Shown piece by piece: positions 59,111 through 64,000 of a stretch of 64,000 bases of DNA (within the stretch, counting starts at the first letter, position 1; each line of letters opens with the position of its first letter). Source of the DNA: Halobacteriovoraceae bacterium (GTDB lineage Bacteria; Bdellovibrionota; Bacteriovoracia; Bacteriovoracales; Bacteriovoracaceae); contig CAVRCF010000005.1 of assembly GCA_963719505.1 (NCBI GenBank), forward strand, positions 288,001-352,000. The letters run 5' to 3'. The position numbers were made by a program, and so were the translations under genes. The notes below the pieces were generated by a model, which did not search any database, had not been told where the DNA came from, and was given only the letters and a program-made list of their open reading frames with translations.

Positions 59111-60349
59111 TTAGAATTTAACTTTATTAACGACGACAAACGGATTTTTTTGACGATGAGACAGAATCCAGTTCTCTGACAGACAAGAGTATCCTCCCAT
59201 TCCCCAACCTGTGCCCCAGCTATTAGTCGCAATAAAACAAAACCTTCCTTCATTCAAGACTGAAGGAAGTTTCACCAATCCGTTGAGAATGATCGAGTGG
59301 CCTAGAGCATGATCATCCAATTGTCCGCCTTTGTTTTTATCCTGCATGAGAATCAAGCCTTCGTTTTGGTAAAAATTAGGACTTAGTTTCGTGCTCATGA
59401 TAACGACCTTATTATTCTGAATGGCCCTAACAGCATCATCCAAGGTGTCGAGATGCTTAAATGATTCTACCTTTACCACAGCTTTAGAGCACCCATCACT
59501 CAGTGGAAGAGAAGTCTCGTTATCATCACTTGTATAAGATTGATAAGGACAATCTTTTTCTAGAGGTATATTTAAGCTCGACTGCTTCTTTGAGTAGTCA
59601 AAACCAAAGCCCACCCAGGAGCCTTTCTTTGAACATTTACGATTTCGACAGTCAGGCTTACTAGACCAATAAAAATACTGCTCACTCAAATCTATTGTCT
59701 TTCCCGCTTGTGCAAGGGCCACTTCAATTGATCGCACCCCCGTAAAAGCGGAACAGGTCGCACGCGCCTTCTGATCCTTTACACCAATGGCCAAAGATTT
59801 ATTCACAAAATGAAATTCTCTGTCTATCTCTATAGATACAGGTTCATTAACTTTGGACTCATCGACAGGAAGGACAAGTGGAATATCAAAAAGATTGGCT
59901 TTATAGGTTTTAATATTTTTAAGATACTCTCTTTTCTCTTTTTCCCAATCAGCTTTTAAAGCTTCGAGCTCTTTAGACCACTGCTTTTTAGAAAGGGCTT
60001 TTGATTTAACCGCCTCTAATTGTGATCTCACCTCATTGGCATGGATGAGAAACTTTTTATTATCTTCTTTTGCAGCGCTCACTATATCGCTACCACTTTT
60101 TGCCAAACGAGGGTCTACGCCATTTTTTAAAGCTAGTTTTTCTCTATTTTCTCGCTTAATTCTCTCGAGAATCTCACGCCCCCTACCGCCAGAATTAACT
60201 GACTTTTTATTAGGGACATCAACTTTAATATCTTTTGTTTTTTCATAAAGTTGAACATAAATGGCATTTAAAATAAGATCTTCTTTCTCTTTTTCAGAAA
60301 GCTCCACTGACCAAGCCCCCAAGCTTAGAAAAAATAAGAAAATAATCAT
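59111..60349 (-). CDS. Secreted papain-family (C1A) cysteine peptidase
   Basis: DQKARATCSAF, DLSEQY, GHSII and NSWG. Confidence 0.88.
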   Translation of the reverse strand: MIIFLFFLSLGAWSVELSEKEKEDLILNAIYVQLYEKTKDIKVDVPNKKSVNSGGRGREILERIKRENREKLALKNGVDPRLAKSGSDIVSAAKEDNKKFLIHANEVRSQLEAVKSKALSKKQWSKELEALKADWEKEKREYLKNIKTYKANLFDIPLVLPVDESKVNEPVSIEIDREFHFVNKSLAIGVKDQKARATCSAFTGVRSIEVALAQAGKTIDLSEQYFYWSSKPDCRNRKCSKKGSWVGFGFDYSKKQSSLNIPLEKDCPYQSYTSDDNETSLPLSDGCSKAVVKVESFKHLDTLDDAVRAIQNNKVVIMSTKLSPNFYQNEGLILMQDKNKGGQLDDHALGHSIILNGLVKLPSVLNEGRFCFIATNSWGTGWGMGGYSCLSENWILSHRQKNPFVVVNKVKF

Positions 60350-61551
60350 GACACAATTCTCGTTCGAATAGACTTGTCTAGTTTCTTAATTTCTTCTTCA
60401 AGGTTCTTAGCCTCTGACAACTTAACGTCGACAACGAGGTATCCAATATCTGGGTCTGTCGAAAGATACTGTCCTTCTATATTTGCACCGGAGGCGGAAA
60501 TTATATTATTAATTGCACTTAAAACACCAGGCTCGTTTCTATGAACGTTGAGAAGTCGAGAGCTGTCTCCTTTGAGAGGAAGGTCAACTTGTGGAAAATT
60601 AACCGAGCCATGACTTGAGCCAGCTTTTAAAAACCGTCTTATACTCTCCGAAACTTCACCCCCTATATTAACCTGAGCCTCTTCCGTGCTTCCTCCAATA
60701 TGGGGAGTTAAAATAACATTTCTCACGCCTTGGAGAACAGAGACAAATTCTTCCTCATTGGATGCTGGCTCACTTGGAAATACATCAATGGCACAACCAC
60801 CAAGATGACCACTCTCAATTGAAGCCTTGAGGTCCTCAATAACCACAACGGATCCGCGACTGGCATTTATGAGAAATGAGCCCTCTTTCATTTGCGAGAG
60901 TTCTTTTTTTGTTATCATATTTTTTGTCTCTGGAAGTTCTGGTACATGCAAGGTGACAAAATCACTTTGAGCGTAAAGCTGTTCCAATTCTAAGACTTGA
61001 GAGGCATTTCCAAGAGGCAGCTTTTTGACCACGTCATAAAAAATAACTTTCATTCCAAGGCCTTCGGCTAAAACGGAGACCTGACTTCCGATATGTCCAT
61101 AACCTACAATACCGATTGTCTTTCCTCTTACTTCGAAAGATCCTGTGGCAGTCTTACTCCATTTCCCCTGATGAGCAAACATTGAACGGTCTCCAATTTG
61201 TCTGGCCAGTGCAATCGCCTCTGAAATCACAAGCTCAGCGACACTTCTTGTATTGGAGTGAGGGGCATTAAAAACCGGGATAGCCGATGTCTTCGCTGCC
61301 TCGAGATCAACTTGATTCGTTCCAATGCAAAAACATCCTATGGTCAAAAGATGTGAATTCTTTTCGATAACTTTTTTTGTCATCTTCGTTTTTGAGCGTA
61401 TCCCTACGGCATCATAACCTGCAAGCTTAGTGAGAAGTTCTTCTTCGTCGGGGGCATAAGTGATAAGGTCAACATTAAAGCCACTTGCTTCCAAGTTCTC
61501 TTTAGCAAGGGGATGTATATTTTCACACAGAAGTATCTTTAATTTTTTCAC
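60346..61551 (-). CDS. serA: D-3-phosphoglycerate dehydrogenase
   Basis: GCFCIGTNQVD, SNTRSVAE, GYGHIG, TPHIGGSTEEAQ and an ACT domain (HRNEPG). Confidence 0.96.
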   Translation of the reverse strand: MKKLKILLCENIHPLAKENLEASGFNVDLITYAPDEEELLTKLAGYDAVGIRSKTKMTKKVIEKNSHLLTIGCFCIGTNQVDLEAAKTSAIPVFNAPHSNTRSVAELVISEAIALARQIGDRSMFAHQGKWSKTATGSFEVRGKTIGIVGYGHIGSQVSVLAEGLGMKVIFYDVVKKLPLGNASQVLELEQLYAQSDFVTLHVPELPETKNMITKKELSQMKEGSFLINASRGSVVVIEDLKASIESGHLGGCAIDVFPSEPASNEEEFVSVLQGVRNVILTPHIGGSTEEAQVNIGGEVSESIRRFLKAGSSHGSVNFPQVDLPLKGDSSRLLNVHRNEPGVLSAINNIISASGANIEGQYLSTDPDIGYLVVDVKLSEAKNLEEEIKKLDKSIRTRIVS

Positions 61552-61693
61552 AAGTACCTGACTCCAAAAGTTGGTTTAATAGTATTACTAAGATTATTAT
61601 CAGTTTTTTTAATACTTCTGGCAAGAAACCCACCAGGATAATATAGGGTTAGAGTTATTTGCTAGGTGGCTCAATCTTCAGTGAATTGCTAGA

Positions 61694-62665
61694 ATGGAGA
61701 CAATGAAATACTGCATCTTTTTTATTCTCTTCACACAGCCAGCACTGGCCCAACCCCATTATAATATCAATATTGTGAATCGGTACCTCATTAAAGCTGT
61801 GTCCTCCATATTCACGACAGAAAAAGAAGTGAAAAGAACACTAACACCCGTGGGCTCACAAAACCAATGCTCTTTATCCCAGCTTGAACAGATGGAAAGC
61901 ACCAGTACCTATGGAGTGAAATCGTGGAAAGAGGCTAAAAGATATTTCCAGTGTTACGCCAATCATAGTCTCGATGAAAAACAGATAGAAATTATAAAAA
62001 TAGCATCCAAGCATTTTGGCATCAATGATATCATGATGGCTTGTCTCTTTTTAATGGAAAGCCGCTTTGACCCAAAAGCTCAAAGCCCTTACGCCAGTGG
62101 ACTTGCTCAGTTCACTCCCCAAACTTTATCCACCATTAAAAGTTGGAATACTATGCCATCGAACGCCAGTATTACAGCTTGTGAAAAAGATTTAAATGCG
62201 CAAGAGAAAATCTACTGCGCGAAAATTAAACAAAGGCGAAAGTTTTCCCTTCATTTTAAAAAAATAAATCAAAAGATGAAAACAACGGGTTTAATTCCCG
62301 GTGGAGTTAAGTTTAACCTATGGGATAAGTACTCCTCTATTGTTCTTTCAGCAATGTATATGAAAAAATTGATCGACAATGTTCGACTAAGAACCGAAGA
62401 TTTTGAAAGAAGCAATGATCCCCTTGAAAGCGAAATGAAAATAGTAAAAATGGCTTTGGCCGGTTATAATATGGGTGAAGGAAATGTTAACTCCAAAATA
62501 GAAAGACTTAAAACAACGGATGAAAATATCAACCTCACTATGGCCTTAAAAGAAGTTAAAAAGGTCTCCACTGAATCCGCAGGGCATATGGATGGCATTG
62601 AGAGATGTATCAGATCGAAAAATTTTGAAGGCCCAACTGAAAAAGAGAGGTATCAGGAATGCTAA
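61694..62665 (+). CDS. Secreted lytic transglycosylase (SLT domain)
   Basis: ES.F...A.S, GLAQF and AGYNMG motifs. Confidence 0.85.
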   Translation: METMKYCIFFILFTQPALAQPHYNINIVNRYLIKAVSSIFTTEKEVKRTLTPVGSQNQCSLSQLEQMESTSTYGVKSWKEAKRYFQCYANHSLDEKQIEIIKIASKHFGINDIMMACLFLMESRFDPKAQSPYASGLAQFTPQTLSTIKSWNTMPSNASITACEKDLNAQEKIYCAKIKQRRKFSLHFKKINQKMKTTGLIPGGVKFNLWDKYSSIVLSAMYMKKLIDNVRLRTEDFERSNDPLESEMKIVKMALAGYNMGEGNVNSKIERLKTTDENINLTMALKEVKKVSTESAGHMDGIERCIRSKNFEGPTEKERYQEC

Positions 62666-62985
62666 GAATCTTGTTATTTTTTCTTTTCATTAATGCTCAC
62701 GCCAGTGATTTAGAGTCTTGCTCGTTCAAAAACATTACTGAACTCGACTCCTTTGCCGCTACATCTTCCCAAGAGATAAAGCTCATCTTGGCGCCGCATC
62801 TTATAGAGAAAGAAGTTATTTTTGATAGTTGGCCTGTTCTTTGTGGCTCCATTCTTTTTGAACTGAAAAAGTCAGCGAGCAAAGAAATTTTTAAGAACTG
62901 GCAGGAATGTCTAAAGGGCAGAAAAGAGGTCGATACAAAGATATCGACCCAAATTAAAAAATGCGTTAAAAAAATACTTTTTTAG
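62659..62985 (+). CDS. Small secreted hypothetical protein
   Basis: Signal peptide MLRILLFFLFINAHA; four Cys; overlaps the SLT stop. Confidence 0.55.
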   Translation: MLRILLFFLFINAHASDLESCSFKNITELDSFAATSSQEIKLILAPHLIEKEVIFDSWPVLCGSILFELKKSASKEIFKNWQECLKGRKEVDTKISTQIKKCVKKILF

Positions 62986-64000
62986 AGCCCAATCGAAGAT
63001 CCCTCTTCCCTTGGATCACTCACTCCTTGAAGACCTTTTTCAGTTTTAATAATGGCTTGGATTTTACAACCAAGATTTTTCCTACTTATTTTATGTCCCA
63101 TTTTTATGAGCTCTTGCTCAACCTCTTTAGAAAAACCAGGATCTCCAATGCGAATCTCCTCGGGCGACCACTGATGATGATAGCGAGTCGCACTTACAGC
63201 TTCCCAAAGAGGCATTTCGTGCTCAATAACATTGAGAATTGTTTGCATCACACAGGTTAGAATTCGGGTTCCACTTGGAGTCCCTAAAGCCAGAAGAGGC
63301 TTCCCCTCTTTATCAAAAACAATTGATGGACTCATTGAGCTCAGAGGTCTCTTTCTTGGTTCGACCAAATTATTCTTCCCACCAATAGCGCCAAAGAGAT
63401 TCACTCCCCCAATATGGGAAGCAAAGTCATCCATTTCGTTATTCATCACTACACCTGTTAGTGGAGTCACCATCGCACTACCAAACCATCCATTAATCGT
63501 CTGAGTGCTTGAGACAATATTTCCATCGCCATCCATTATCGTAAAGTGAGTCGTATCATCTGATTCATACATTAGTTCTCTAAAAGGAATGGGAAAATCT
63601 TTAGAGGATAATGCTTTGTTGAGTGGAATTTTTTTTCTCAAATTCTTTGCATATTTCTTATCAATAAGTTTATCGACAGGTACATTTGCAAAGTCACTGT
63701 CCCCCATATAAGCCGCTCTGTCAGCAAAGGCGATCTGCATAGCTGAACTGGTGAGATGAATGGCTTGTGACGATTGCACTCCCATGGCTTTTAGGTCATA
63801 GCCTTCAAGGATATTAAGGATTTCGACAATATGTGTTCCACCTGAACTTGGAGGCGGCATTGAAACAACTTTGTACCCTTTATATGTGCCCTCTATAGGC
63901 TCTCTATTTTTTACCTTATAGTTTTTGAGATCACTTAAGCGCAATAACCCACCCATCTGTTTTTGATAGTTTGATATTTGAATCGCTGTAAAATCCTCGT
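62982..64000 (-). CDS. ggt: Gamma-glutamyltranspeptidase (5' end outside the window)
   Basis: PPPSSGG, DTTHF (catalytic Thr), NNEMDDF, KRPLSSMSP and DPR; the frame stays open to the window edge. Confidence 0.95.
   Translation of the reverse strand, partial: EDFTAIQISNYQKQMGGLLRLSDLKNYKVKNREPIEGTYKGYKVVSMPPPSSGGTHIVEILNILEGYDLKAMGVQSSQAIHLTSSAMQIAFADRAAYMGDSDFANVPVDKLIDKKYAKNLRKKIPLNKALSSKDFPIPFRELMYESDDTTHFTIMDGDGNIVSSTQTINGWFGSAMVTPLTGVVMNNEMDDFASHIGGVNLFGAIGGKNNLVEPRKRPLSSMSPSIVFDKEGKPLLALGTPSGTRILTCVMQTILNVIEHEMPLWEAVSATRYHHQWSPEEIRIGDPGFSKEVEQELIKMGHKISRKNLGCKIQAIIKTEKGLQGVSDPREEGSSIGL

Noticed and set aside
1-64000. tRNA, rRNA, riboswitch or IS elements
   Set aside because: None was recognisable by eye; intergenic regions are short and AT-rich. 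An Infernal/tRNAscan run would be needed to exclude small RNAs.

Overview
A 64-kb AT-rich bacterial chromosomal segment. Gene content points to a predatory Bdellovibrionota (Bacteriovorax/Halobacteriovorax-like) organism; this is inferred from the many secreted hydrolases, the Bd0055-like histone and the sigma28-like promoters. Housekeeping genes are ccsB/ccsA, a transaldolase-family gene, argS, an rrf2-sufBCDS-nfu operon, hemF, glpQ, serA and a partial ggt. I found no rRNA, tRNA, CRISPR array or intact mobile element. Highlights: (1) two convergent operons at 40.5-51.4 kb joining oleABCD olefin biosynthesis to a dedicated type II FAS set and two CrtI-like FAD oxidoreductases, with oleA broken by a 1-nt frameshift; (2) a locus at 8.7-14.8 kb with three copies of an uncharacterised 'GxDxxxxGVRDDV' domain around a secreted Ser-hydrolase/beta-helix protein, a candidate effector-immunity or surface-enzyme system; (3) a tandem histone-fold doublet; (4) a T4/eukaryote-like type IIA topoisomerase pair with basic tails; (5) an H1-like repeat-SWIB protein; (6) an R-S-ExE ADP-ribosyltransferase whose signal peptide appears to start at an ATC codon. 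All calls come from reading motifs by eye; no database searches were run.
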